A DNA stretch of 32,000 nucleotides, from contig CP060262.1 in the NCBI GenBank assembly GCA_022646745.1, positions 3,360,001-3,392,000 of the forward strand. The letters are read 5' to 3'. The position numbers and the translations under genes are program-made. The notes under the pieces are model-generated. The model was not told where the DNA came from and did no database searches. It saw nothing but the letters and a program-made list of their open reading frames with translations. Positions 1 to 8,139 of this stretch are shown piece by piece. The stretch is from Planctomycetales bacterium (GTDB lineage Bacteria > 4484-113 > JAFGCY01). Each line of letters starts with the position of its first letter. The stretch's first letter is position 1.

Positions 1-635
1 CCATGCGGGAATGCAGCGTGCGTACCCTTGCCGTGGATCACGATGTGCACCGTGTCCACCGCCGCCATCACCGGTCCGGCGCTGATCTGGATCTTGCCCG
101 TCGGGCAACCGGCCCAGATATGCTGGCCATAGCAGACCGTCACGTCCGGCCCTTTGAGCGCACTGTCAGCGATCATCTTCTGTGCGCCGTGGTGCCCTTC
201 CTCGCCGGGCTGGTACAGCAGCTTGATCCTGCCGCGGCTGATGCCCTCTTCCTTCAGGCGGCGGCTGACAGCCAGCTGCATCGCGGTATGCGTATCGTGC
301 CCGCAGGCATGCATCTTGCCCACGGTCTTTGATTCATATCCATGCGTGTTCTCTTCGGTGATCGGCAGCGCGTCGATGTCCGCGCGCAGCATCACCGTCG
401 GTCCCTCGGCCCCGCTGTCTATCATGCTGATCACGCCGGTCTCGGCACAGCGTTTCGCTTCCAGGCCGTAACTCGTGAGTTGCTTCTCAATGTAGGTGGC
501 CGTCTCATGTGTTTCCATCCCGACCTCGGGATGCTCATGCAGGTAACGGCGGTTGCTGACGACGTCCGGCTGGGCAGCGCGGGTGACCTCGTCAATGTTG
601 ACTCCCGGTAACAGGGATTCCTTGATTGCAGACAT
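1..635 (-). CDS. M20-family metallo-amidohydrolase (N-acyl-amino-acid amidohydrolase / hippurate-hydrolase-like). Only the N-terminal ~211 aa are present; the 3' end runs off the window.
   Basis: This gene is absent from the ORF track because it is open at the window edge. My reverse-complement translation from the ATG at 635 reads MSAIKESLLPGVNIDEVTRAAQPDVVSNRRYLHEHPEVGMETHETATYIEKQL...VMLRADIDALPI...GKMHACGHDTHTAM...LLYQPGEEG...IHGKGTHAAFPH. These are the HxHPE, DxDALP, HACGHD and QPxEEG signatures of M20D/ILR1-type amidohydrolases. Confidence 0.8.
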   Translation of the reverse strand, partial: MSAIKESLLPGVNIDEVTRAAQPDVVSNRRYLHEHPEVGMETHETATYIEKQLTSYGLEAKRCAETGVISMIDSGAEGPTVMLRADIDALPITEENTHGYESKTVGKMHACGHDTHTAMQLAVSRRLKEEGISRGRIKLLYQPGEEGHHGAQKMIADSALKGPDVTVCYGQHIWAGCPTGKIQISAGPVMAAVDTVHIVIHGKGTHAAFPH

Positions 636-641
636 GTATTG

Positions 642-647
642 ATTCTA
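642..647 (-). promoter_or_regulatory. Candidate -10 hexamer TAGAAT, 6 nt upstream of the amidohydrolase ATG (leaderless geometry)
   Basis: The minus strand reads gcTAGAATcaatacATG. There is no room for a Shine-Dalgarno. AT-rich hexamers are scarce in this GC-rich window. Confidence 0.4.
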
Positions 648-711
648 GCGCTATCCGGCCCTCGTTACAGCGCACGGCCACCGTCCGGCCAGTTACTATA
701 CGGATGTAAGC

Positions 712-717
712 TATAGT
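712..717 (+). promoter_or_regulatory. Candidate -10 hexamer TATAGT, 8 nt upstream of the SNF2 helicase GTG
   Basis: The plus strand reads gcTATAGTacttagccGTG. This hexamer forms a 7-bp inverted repeat with TACTATA at 694..700, which on the other strand also reads TATAGT. Confidence 0.35.
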
Positions 718-725
718 ACTTAGCC

Positions 726-2942
726 GTGGCAAGGGCCAAGCTGGAAATCGGAGGCAAGGACGGACGTTCCGTGGTGTTCCGCGGCAACCGCAAGTACCTG
801 CCGGCCATGATCCGCGCTGTGGTCAACAGCCATTTCAGTAACTGGAACACGCTTAAGGACATCTCCCAGTGGCCGGCGCTGCTCAGGGAACTGGCCGAGG
901 TCAATGCCCACAAAACCTTTGAGGGCACTGACTGGCAGGCTCTCAACAGCTTCTACGACGAGGAGATGAAGCGCTTCTCCGTGCTCATCCACGGGGGCAT
1001 CGAAGCAGACCGTCCCTTCTTTGAGGTTCGCACCCTTGTAAAGGATTGCGCCCTGCGCATCCGCCAGCTGCGCACGGAGTACTGCAATGCCGAAGGACGG
1101 CTCCTTCACAACCACGACATCTGGCAGGTGGAGAAGCTGCTGCGTCGGCATGCAGCCAAGGTGAAGTTCTCGCCGGACTTCATCCCGGTGCTGAAGGTGT
1201 TTGCCACCGATGCCGTCAGCGTTGAACCATCACTGAGCTTCTTCCGCCAGATCCAGGTCTACCACAACCCGCAGTTCCTCAGGCCCGAACTGCTGGCAAT
1301 CATCGCCCCGCACATTGACCGCGTGCATACCGTAGCTGACCCTACCCAGCTGGAAGGGATGATTGATGCGCTGGACAAGGCGGGAGCAAAGCTGCGGGTC
1401 GATCCCGGCATAGCCGACATCATCCAGCACTACAACCGCCTGCGGCAGGTTGCCAGCGATTCCGAGTATGACCTGGCGGTTGCCAATGTGCTGAAGGACC
1501 GCCTCAAGGCAAGCCTGTACGGCTACCAGCGGGAGGGCGTCGGCTTCCTCGTGCACAACCGCCGCGCGCTGCTGGCTGATGACATGGGCCTCGGCAAGAC
1601 CCTGCAGGCGATGGCTGGTGCCCTCTACCTCAAGGATGTCGGTGATGTCAGGCGGGTGCTGATCGTCTGCCCGTCTTCGCTCAAGTACCAATGGCAGTCG
1701 GAGATCCGCAAGTTCACCGGTGAGCGTGTGCAGGTGATCGGCGGCAGCAAGCAGGAACGGATGGCGCTGTATGAAGCGGCCACCAGCGGCGGCGGCGGCC
1801 TGCTCGGCCTTGACGACACCCCCTTCTTCAGTGTGATTAACTATGAGCTGGTGCACCGCGACATCGAGCACCTGATGCAGCTCAACCCGCAGCTGCTGAT
1901 CCTCGATGAAGCGCAGCGCGTGAAGAACTTCCGTACCAAGACCGCCCAGGCCGTATTCTCCATCCCAGCAGCCAACGTGTTCGTGCTGACCGGCACGCCG
2001 CTGGAGAACCAGCTTATGGAGCTGTTCACGATCCTCAAGTTCGTTGACGACCGCGCACTGGGCAAGAACCCGATCGCCTTCCGGGACCGCTATGTGCTGA
2101 CTGACCAGTTCGGCTCGATCCGGGGTTACCAGCATGTCGAGGAAGTGGCCCGCAAGATTGCCACCATCACCCTCCGCCGCACGAAGGAGGAAGCCCTCGA
2201 GGACCTGCCCGCCCTCGTCACCACATACGCCCGTCTCGATCTCACTGATGAGCAGAAGGCGATCTACAGGGAACTGCGTGGCGAGGCCCGCGAGATGCTG
2301 AGCGAGGAAGCATGGGACAGCACGCATACGCAGAATGCAATGGTGCTGCTGCAGCGCTTGCGTGAGGTCTGTGACAGCCCTGAACTGATCGACCCGCAGT
2401 ACACCAGCAGCCAGAAGCTCAACGAGCTGGAAGCGATCCTCGAGGACGAGGTCGGCACCCTGGACCGCCAGGTGATCATCTTCACCCAGTGGACCCGCAT
2501 GGGTGAGATCATCCTGCGCCTGCTCACAAAAGCCGGCTACAGCTGTGCATTCCTGCACGGCGGGCTGAAAGCGGAGGAGCGCCAGCAGCTCGTTGAACGC
2601 TTCCAGCGGGGAGATGACCGGATTTTCATCTCCACCGATGCCGGGGGTACCGGACTCAACCTGCAAAGCGCTTCCATGGTGATCAACTATGACCTCCCGT
2701 TCAATCCGGCCAAGCTCGACCAGCGCATCGCACGGGCCCATCGCCTGGGCCAGAAGCAAACTGTATTTGTAGTCAACATGATTTGCCGTAATACTGTTGA
2801 GGAAAGACTGGTCAGGATCCTCAGCGAAAAGAAGAGCCTGTTTGACGATGTATTCGGTAATATATCTGACCCACGGAACATTTCCGGAGCATCCATGTCG
2901 CCGAGATCCATGCGCGAACTGCTGACGGAGCTGATCAGATGA
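726..2942 (+). CDS. SNF2/RAD54-family ATP-dependent helicase (chromatin-remodeller-like translocase) with an uncharacterised ~260-aa N-terminal region
   Basis: 738-aa ORF. SNF2 ATPase motifs are LADDMGLGKT (I), LILDEAQRVKN (II), LTGTPLEN (III). Helicase-C motifs are FISTDAGGTGLNLQ and DLPFNPAKLDQRIARAHRLGQ (VI). The start is GTG at 726, with an in-frame ATG at 807 as an alternative. Confidence 0.9.
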   Translation: MARAKLEIGGKDGRSVVFRGNRKYLPAMIRAVVNSHFSNWNTLKDISQWPALLRELAEVNAHKTFEGTDWQALNSFYDEEMKRFSVLIHGGIEADRPFFEVRTLVKDCALRIRQLRTEYCNAEGRLLHNHDIWQVEKLLRRHAAKVKFSPDFIPVLKVFATDAVSVEPSLSFFRQIQVYHNPQFLRPELLAIIAPHIDRVHTVADPTQLEGMIDALDKAGAKLRVDPGIADIIQHYNRLRQVASDSEYDLAVANVLKDRLKASLYGYQREGVGFLVHNRRALLADDMGLGKTLQAMAGALYLKDVGDVRRVLIVCPSSLKYQWQSEIRKFTGERVQVIGGSKQERMALYEAATSGGGGLLGLDDTPFFSVINYELVHRDIEHLMQLNPQLLILDEAQRVKNFRTKTAQAVFSIPAANVFVLTGTPLENQLMELFTILKFVDDRALGKNPIAFRDRYVLTDQFGSIRGYQHVEEVARKIATITLRRTKEEALEDLPALVTTYARLDLTDEQKAIYRELRGEAREMLSEEAWDSTHTQNAMVLLQRLREVCDSPELIDPQYTSSQKLNELEAILEDEVGTLDRQVIIFTQWTRMGEIILRLLTKAGYSCAFLHGGLKAEERQQLVERFQRGDDRIFISTDAGGTGLNLQSASMVINYDLPFNPAKLDQRIARAHRLGQKQTVFVVNMICRNTVEERLVRILSEKKSLFDDVFGNISDPRNISGASMSPRSMRELLTELIR

Positions 2943-3787
2943 CGGAGAGCAAGATGTTTTCTGCAACTGTCAGTGAACCTGTCATCATCGACGGCCGCGG
3001 CCTGTTCAGCGGCCTGATGTGCCGCGCCGTGATCGTGCCCCGCTATGAGGGCACCGGCATCACATACTTCCGCGAGGGCCTGCCGATCGAGGCTGTGGTT
3101 GACAACTTCCACGAGCAGCCGAACTGCACCGTTTTGAGCAATGGCCGGCTGAGCATCGCCGTCACTGAGCACATCCAGGCCGCAATGTGGGCCGCCGGGA
3201 TCGACAGCGCCGAGATCCATGTGCATGGCCCGGAGCTGCCCAACCACGACGGCGGAGCAGCCACGCTGTATGACGCCTTGGTATCCGTGCCTGACGAATC
3301 GCTCGGGATGCGCAGGCCGCAGTTCACCCTCGGTGAGACCCTCGAGGTCAGCGATGGCGACAGCTATATCAGGCTCGAGCCCTGCGATGAACTGCGCATC
3401 AGCTACAGCTTCGCCCACCCGGAACTCGGGGAGCAGCTCTATATCTCAGAGCTGGACCGCGGAATGGCTGTCAACGAACTGCTGCCGGCCCGCACCTTCA
3501 TTACCGAGCGGGAAGCAACGATGGCTCGCAGTGCCGGTTTCCTGCACAATGAGCATGAGGAAGATGCACTGGTGATCCGCGAGGGGATGCCGAACAAGCC
3601 GTTCTTCTTCCCGAATGAATTCGCACGCCACAAGGTACTTGACCTGCTGGGTGACCTCTACATCCTGCCCTTCGAATGGACGGCGGACATCACCGCTCAT
3701 CTCAGCGGCCACAAGCTGAACCGGGAACTGGCACGCCAGCTTATGCGAATCTATGAGCAGGCAAAGACACAGGAACAGCGCCGCTGA
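2939..3787 (+). CDS. lpxC: UDP-3-O-acyl-N-acetylglucosamine deacetylase (lipid A biosynthesis)
   Basis: 282-aa ORF with GRGLFSG near the N-terminus, AVTEHIQAAMWAAGID (Glu-His zinc/catalytic pair), HKVLDLLGDLY (His/Asp zinc ligands) and LSGHKLNRELARQL. The start ATG overlaps the helicase stop (ATGA). Confidence 0.9.
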   Translation: MTESKMFSATVSEPVIIDGRGLFSGLMCRAVIVPRYEGTGITYFREGLPIEAVVDNFHEQPNCTVLSNGRLSIAVTEHIQAAMWAAGIDSAEIHVHGPELPNHDGGAATLYDALVSVPDESLGMRRPQFTLGETLEVSDGDSYIRLEPCDELRISYSFAHPELGEQLYISELDRGMAVNELLPARTFITEREATMARSAGFLHNEHEEDALVIREGMPNKPFFFPNEFARHKVLDLLGDLYILPFEWTADITAHLSGHKLNRELARQLMRIYEQAKTQEQRR

Positions 3788-5770
3788 TCAGAAGATACGG
3801 GTGTGGTAGAGGTACCATTCCACAGTCACGAGCAATAGCACCAGCCCGATGATCCAGGGGTAGAACTCGCGGTTGCGCATCACTTCCTGCACACCCTTGA
3901 TCTCCCCCAGTCCCTCCGTTCCATTGCTGGCGAGGTACTCCTCCGCATTCTCGGTGCGCAGCGTCGTGGATGGTGCAATGTTGCTCTCAAACTCGTTGAC
4001 GAGGCTGACCGGCAGCAGGTTGGCAAGCACCAGACCTCCACCCTCATCAAGGTAGTCCACTTCGTAGATGCCGATCTTGCGCGTGTCACTCACTGCGAAG
4101 CGGCGTGAATTCAGCTCCTCATTCTCCACGCTGCCATCCGGGCGCTTCAGGCGGTAGCTCATCGCCTCCACCGGTGCCAGCAGCTCAGCCGGCTGTCCTG
4201 CACTGATGCTGTTGCCGGCCGCCCCGGCGCTGGACTGGCCGAGATAGCTGATGGTGTCCATCATGAACAGCGGGAAGGCACTCAGCACCGGGAAGTTGCT
4301 GTCGTAGATGTCAAAGGCCATGTAGATCGAACGCTGGCCGTTGTTGTCACCTTCGACGATCAGTGCGCCTTCGCTTGTGTCAACGATGCTGCGGGCGAAG
4401 CTCTTGAGCTGCACACGGCGCTGGCTGTTGAGGTTGAGCGTATTGAAGCGGGCAATGCGTGTGGCGGGGTGCGATACGCTTTCGCCTACCACTGCAAGGT
4501 AGATCGGCGGGTCTGCCTGGTAGTCCTTCTCCACTTCCTCGCCGGCATTGACCGGCAGCAATGAGTTGCTCGTGGAGTTGATGAACAGGTAGCTGTCTGA
4601 GGGGTCGTTGATGCAGGGCGCATCCCCTTCCACCACCCACACGTCCATGTCCGTGCTGGTCGGCTGGCTGTCATCCGTCGCCTCGCCGCTGTCATCAGTG
4701 ATGATCTGCGTGAAGGTCGAACCGTCATACTCGTAGTAGTCGATGTTTGGCAGGCTCTGCAGCAGCGCCCTGAGCAGGATGCTGTCACTCTGGGTACACA
4801 GCGCCACCTTGTAGCGCGGCTTCTCCGGCAGCACGATCCAGGCGGTGTTGTCCTCCGCCAGCGGGTCGTCAACCTTGATCTCCACCTTGAGCGGGTCCGG
4901 GAAGTACGGCACCTGGTCGATCACGATCTCGCGGCGCTGCCCCGGACGCAGGCTGACCTCCTCGGTAACGCTGTCAACGTCATTGCGGAACAGGGTCAGC
5001 TCAAAGTCCTGCTGCGTGCCGTAGAAGTTGTGCACCGCCACGAACAGTTCATAGTTGTCATTCGCAGGGTTGAGCCGCGCACCGGCGCCGACGATCGCCA
5101 CATTGTCAGCCGTCTGCCCGACCGGGAAGAAGTGGATCTTCAGGTCCGTCGTGCTTTCCGGACTGAGGTCGTCCACGGCACCATCGGAGAAGATCACCAC
5201 CTGGGTCTGGCCCTCGCCCTCGGAAATGCTTGAGCAGAAGCGCATTGCGCTGTCCAGGTCAGCCTGCCCGCCGGCATAGTCCCGCGACCTGGCGATCGCC
5301 TTCTTCAGTGTGTTCTTGTTGCTGGTGAAGCTGCTGAGCGTGATCGGGCTCTGCGGTCCGGCCACGATCACCATCCCTTCCGCCCCGCGCGGGAAGCCGG
5401 TCACGGCGTCATCCGCCAGCCGGATCGCATCATCCAGCCGGTCCGGACTGCCGTCCTTCGCCAGCATGGACGCGCTGGCGTCAATCACGAAGATTGTCTT
5501 GCCGCGCTCAATGAAGTTGTCAAACATGAAGGGGCGTGACAATGCCAGGGCCAGCAGGATCAGCGCGATGATCTGCAGGATCATCAGCAGGTTGCGCCTC
5601 AGCTTCTGCCATGGGGCGTTTGCCCGGAAGTCCGCCAGTGCCTGTTCCCACAGGAGGGTTGAGCTGACATCAACCTTCACTCGCTTGAGCTTGAGGATGT
5701 AAAGCAGGATGATACCGCCGGCCAATGCCCCCCAGGCCAGTGCAAGCGGGTTTAGGAAGAATCTTTCCAC
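3788..5770 (-). CDS. BatA-type N-terminal domain / von Willebrand factor A (VWA) domain membrane protein
   Basis: 660-aa ORF. The N-terminus FLNPLALAWGALAGGIILLYILKLKR resembles the aerotolerance-regulator (BatA) N-terminal TM segment, and a second TM follows. The VWA MIDAS-type motif is IFVIDASASM (DxSxS). There is a C-terminal TM (YPWIIGLVLLLVTVEWYLY). The start is GTG at 5770. Confidence 0.8.
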   Translation of the reverse strand: MERFFLNPLALAWGALAGGIILLYILKLKRVKVDVSSTLLWEQALADFRANAPWQKLRRNLLMILQIIALILLALALSRPFMFDNFIERGKTIFVIDASASMLAKDGSPDRLDDAIRLADDAVTGFPRGAEGMVIVAGPQSPITLSSFTSNKNTLKKAIARSRDYAGGQADLDSAMRFCSSISEGEGQTQVVIFSDGAVDDLSPESTTDLKIHFFPVGQTADNVAIVGAGARLNPANDNYELFVAVHNFYGTQQDFELTLFRNDVDSVTEEVSLRPGQRREIVIDQVPYFPDPLKVEIKVDDPLAEDNTAWIVLPEKPRYKVALCTQSDSILLRALLQSLPNIDYYEYDGSTFTQIITDDSGEATDDSQPTSTDMDVWVVEGDAPCINDPSDSYLFINSTSNSLLPVNAGEEVEKDYQADPPIYLAVVGESVSHPATRIARFNTLNLNSQRRVQLKSFARSIVDTSEGALIVEGDNNGQRSIYMAFDIYDSNFPVLSAFPLFMMDTISYLGQSSAGAAGNSISAGQPAELLAPVEAMSYRLKRPDGSVENEELNSRRFAVSDTRKIGIYEVDYLDEGGGLVLANLLPVSLVNEFESNIAPSTTLRTENAEEYLASNGTEGLGEIKGVQEVMRNREFYPWIIGLVLLLVTVEWYLYHTRIF

Positions 5771-5778
5771 TAAATAGG

Positions 5779-5784
5779 ATTATA
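5779..5784 (-). promoter_or_regulatory. Candidate -10 hexamer TATAAT, 8 nt upstream of the BatA/VWA GTG
   Basis: The minus strand reads ccgcTATAATcctatttaGTGgaa. It lies inside the 34-nt gap after the sigma-factor stop codon, and there is no SD. Confidence 0.45.
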
Positions 5785-5804
5785 GCGGAACCGGCGCAAG
5801 TGTT

Positions 5805-6620
5805 TCACATTGCGAGGTTTTCGAGGTCCTCGGGCGCCAGCATTCCCCGCAGCTTGCCCAGTGCCTTGCGCGTCAGGCGTGACACATTCATCTGGCTTGT
5901 GACGAGGATGTCAGCGATTTCCTTCTGGGTCTTCTGCTCGAAGAAGTACAGCTTGACCACCCGCGACTCCGTCTCCGTCAGGTTGGAGAGGATGCTCTCC
6001 CAGAAGATGCTGCGCTTGGTGTTGCTCAGGTCGTGGCTGGTGACCGCCGAGCCATCATCCGACATGCTGAAGCTGATGTCACTCTCGCGCTCATTGTCCT
6101 TGAAGCTCTGCGGGTGGTAAGCGCTGCCAAGCTCCATCGCCTCCAGCACCTGCTCCTCGGAGAAACCGGTCTTGCCAGCGATGTCCGCCACGGTCGGTTC
6201 CTGCTCGGAAGCGGCATTCAGCTCATTGACCGCATTGAACACCTTGAGCGAACGTTCCTTCAGGTCGCGCGGGACGTTGATCGCCCAGGTCTTGTCGCGG
6301 AAGTAGCGCTGGATCTCGCCCTGGATCGTCTGCCAGGCGTAGGTCGAGAAGCGGTAGTTGTATTCGAGGTCGAAGCGGCGCACCGCCAGCAGCAGGCCAT
6401 AGCTGCCCACCTGAACAAGGTCGTCGAACTGGTCAGGCTGGTACTTGAACTTATGGACGATGCGGTAGACAAGGGGCTTGAACTTCTCGACAATGCGTTC
6501 TTCGTTCAGCGGAGTCGGGTCTTCGATATAACGCGCGAAAAGGGCGCGCTCTTCCTCGCGCTCCTTCTCACGTTCTTCAGTTTCGTAAAGCTGGTTAGGC
6601 TCGTCCGTCCTGTCTGTCAT
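5805..6620 (-). CDS. RNA polymerase sigma factor, SigB/SigF/SigG subfamily of sigma-70
   Basis: Region 2 reads DDLVQVGSYGLLLAVRRFD...FSTYAWQTIQGEIQRYFRDKTWAINVPRDLKE. The region 4.2 helix-turn-helix reads KTQKEIADILVTSQMNVSRLTRKALGKLR. The ORF is open up to 6686. I place the start at the ATG at 6620 (MTDRTDEP...), which still overlaps the anti-sigma stop by 26 nt. The exact start is uncertain. Confidence 0.85.
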   Translation of the reverse strand: MTDRTDEPNQLYETEEREKEREEERALFARYIEDPTPLNEERIVEKFKPLVYRIVHKFKYQPDQFDDLVQVGSYGLLLAVRRFDLEYNYRFSTYAWQTIQGEIQRYFRDKTWAINVPRDLKERSLKVFNAVNELNAASEQEPTVADIAGKTGFSEEQVLEAMELGSAYHPQSFKDNERESDISFSMSDDGSAVTSHDLSNTKRSIFWESILSNLTETESRVVKLYFFEQKTQKEIADILVTSQMNVSRLTRKALGKLRGMLAPEDLENLAM

Positions 6621-7023
6621 CGAAGATGAATGGCCTGTCTTCCCGGTATTTGATATCGAAACCGATGTCGAGGTGTTCCACGCCATCGATTACGCTGGAA
6701 TTATACTCGCCACCCAGGGACTTGAGGACGGCCAGGTTCGCGGCGTTGGTGACACTCTTGTGCTTGCCGCTGGGATCGGAGATCGACACGGAGATGTGAG
6801 ACTCATCCTGCGTCCACCTGAGGTTGATCAGGCCGCTGGCACCGGTACACTTCTCCGCCACGGTGATGAATGCCTCCCCGATCACCAGCTTCAGGTTCTC
6901 CAGCTCATCGAGCGGCAGCCCCAGCCTGTTGCCAAGGCCGGAAACGAGCAGCCGCACTACGGACACGTAGTCCGCATTGGTGGGAACCTTCAGCTCAACC
7001 GAGTTATCCATTACTTTCACCAT
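6595..7023 (-). CDS. RsbW/SpoIIAB-like anti-sigma factor (HATPase_c fold, possibly non-catalytic)
   Basis: ELKVPTNADYVSVVRLLVSGLGNRLGLPLDELENLKLVIGEAF lines up by eye with the RsbW N-terminus ([43 protein letters not shown]). It lies immediately upstream of, and overlaps, a SigB-type sigma gene. The start is chosen at ATG 7023, which has AGGAGA 5 nt upstream; the ORF-track ORF extends to 7092. Confidence 0.65.
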   Translation of the reverse strand: MVKVMDNSVELKVPTNADYVSVVRLLVSGLGNRLGLPLDELENLKLVIGEAFITVAEKCTGASGLINLRWTQDESHISVSISDPSGKHKSVTNAANLAVLKSLGGEYNSSVIDGVEHLDIGFDIKYREDRPFIFDDRQDGRA

Positions 7024-7100
7024 TTGATTCTCCTGAGGAAGTCTCACTGATTCTGGAACAAAACCTGCTGGTTCCGGTCCATCATCCTCCACGCCTTAAT

Positions 7101-7126
7101 ATACCCCCGCCCCCTGAGGGTGAAAC
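7101..7126 (-). promoter_or_regulatory. SigB-type promoter candidate: GTTTCA-N14-GGGTAT, ~75 nt upstream of the anti-sigma/sigma operon
   Basis: The minus strand reads ctGTTTCAccctcagggggcggGGGTATatt. The Bacillus SigB consensus is GTTTAA-N12-15-GGGTAT. Confidence 0.5.
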
Positions 7127-7191
7127 AGGCGTATAGGCTACAAATCCGTGTGAAACTGACCTTATATTCAGTAAGACTTCACGAAGGATTT

Positions 7192-8139
7192 TCAGGTTCG
7201 GACCTTCAAGCGCGGATCAAGGATGTCGCGCAGTCCATCACCCAGCAGGTTGAAGCCCAGCACCGTCAGCGCCAGTGCCAGGCCCGGGAAGATTCCCCAC
7301 CATGGCATTTCCGCGAAGTAGTTCTTGGCCGTGGCCAGCATCCCGCCCCAACTTGCATTCGGTGGCTGGATACCCAGCCCGAGGAAACTCAAGCCAGCCT
7401 CACTGAGTATGTTGTAGGCCACCTGCATTGTGGCCAGCACGATCAAGGGTGCCATGCAGTTCGGGATGATGTGCAGGATGATGATGCGCGCATTGCTGCA
7501 GCCGACCGCACGCGCCGCTTCGATGAACTCCTTCTCCCGCAGTGAGATCACCGTGCCGCGGATCACACGCGCGATACCGGTCCAGCCGGTCAGGCCCAGC
7601 GCGATGAACAGTCCCCAGATGCCGGGATCAATGCTGCCACTGATGCTGCCCAGCACACTCTTGACCTCGTCATTGTTGAGCGTGGCAAGGATGATGATTG
7701 CCAGTAGCACACCCGGGAAGGCGAAGAAGGTATCCGTCAGGCGCATCAGCAGGGTGTCCGTCCAGCCGCCGAAGTAGCCGGAAACGGTGCCGATCAACAA
7801 GCCGATCAGCACATTGATCACAGTGGAGATCACCCCGACCAGCAGGGAGATCCGTGCGCCGTAGAGCACGCGGCTGTACACGTCTCGACCGCTGCTGTCA
7901 GTGCCCCACATGAAGCTGCCGCTGCTGCGCTGGCCGTTGTCCTCATAGCTTGCCAGCTTCGCCTCATCCCCGCTGATCACGCTGCCCGGAGGCAACTTCT
8001 CCTGTCCGCGGTACTGGTAAGTCGGGCTGTAGGGTGACAGGGTGCCGCAGAAGGTGCCGGACACCACGGCCACGATAACCAGCACAAGACCCACAAAGCC
8101 TGAACCATGGCGAAAGATCTGCCGCAGGAACTGCTTCAT
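7192..8139 (-). CDS. ABC transporter permease, DppC/OppC type (peptide/nickel/opine family)
   Basis: 315-aa ORF that is multi-TM. The conserved cytoplasmic loop reads FIEAARAVGCSNARIIILHIIPNCMAP. The start overlaps the upstream permease stop (ATGA). Confidence 0.9.
   Translation of the reverse strand: MKQFLRQIFRHGSGFVGLVLVIVAVVSGTFCGTLSPYSPTYQYRGQEKLPPGSVISGDEAKLASYEDNGQRSSGSFMWGTDSSGRDVYSRVLYGARISLLVGVISTVINVLIGLLIGTVSGYFGGWTDTLLMRLTDTFFAFPGVLLAIIILATLNNDEVKSVLGSISGSIDPGIWGLFIALGLTGWTGIARVIRGTVISLREKEFIEAARAVGCSNARIIILHIIPNCMAPLIVLATMQVAYNILSEAGLSFLGLGIQPPNASWGGMLATAKNYFAEMPWWGIFPGLALALTVLGFNLLGDGLRDILDPRLKVRT

Noticed and set aside
646-653. The palindrome TAGCGCTA overlaps the amidohydrolase -10, and AGCGCT lies between the FHA-gene -10 and its ATG (25849..25854). 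I considered these as a shared operator.
   Set aside because: Only 6-8 bp are involved, and the flanks do not extend the symmetry. Such GC-core palindromes are expected by chance in this composition.
726-2942. I considered whether the SNF2 helicase here, or the DinG helicase at 28789..31512, forms the core of an anti-phage defence system (DISARM, Zorya, or type IV CRISPR-like).
   Set aside because: No partner genes such as methyltransferase, nuclease, PLD, DUF1998, Cas or ZorA-C genes are adjacent. The neighbours are housekeeping genes (lpxC, etfBA, a panE-like gene). There are no mobile-element hallmarks and no compositional break.
1230-2966. A 578-aa ORF lies antisense to the SNF2 helicase gene.
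   Set aside because: It overlaps a gene with unmistakable SNF2 motifs throughout. Its translation is Ala/Arg/Gly/Leu/Val-rich with no recognisable motifs. Long stop-free antisense frames are expected in GC-rich coding DNA.
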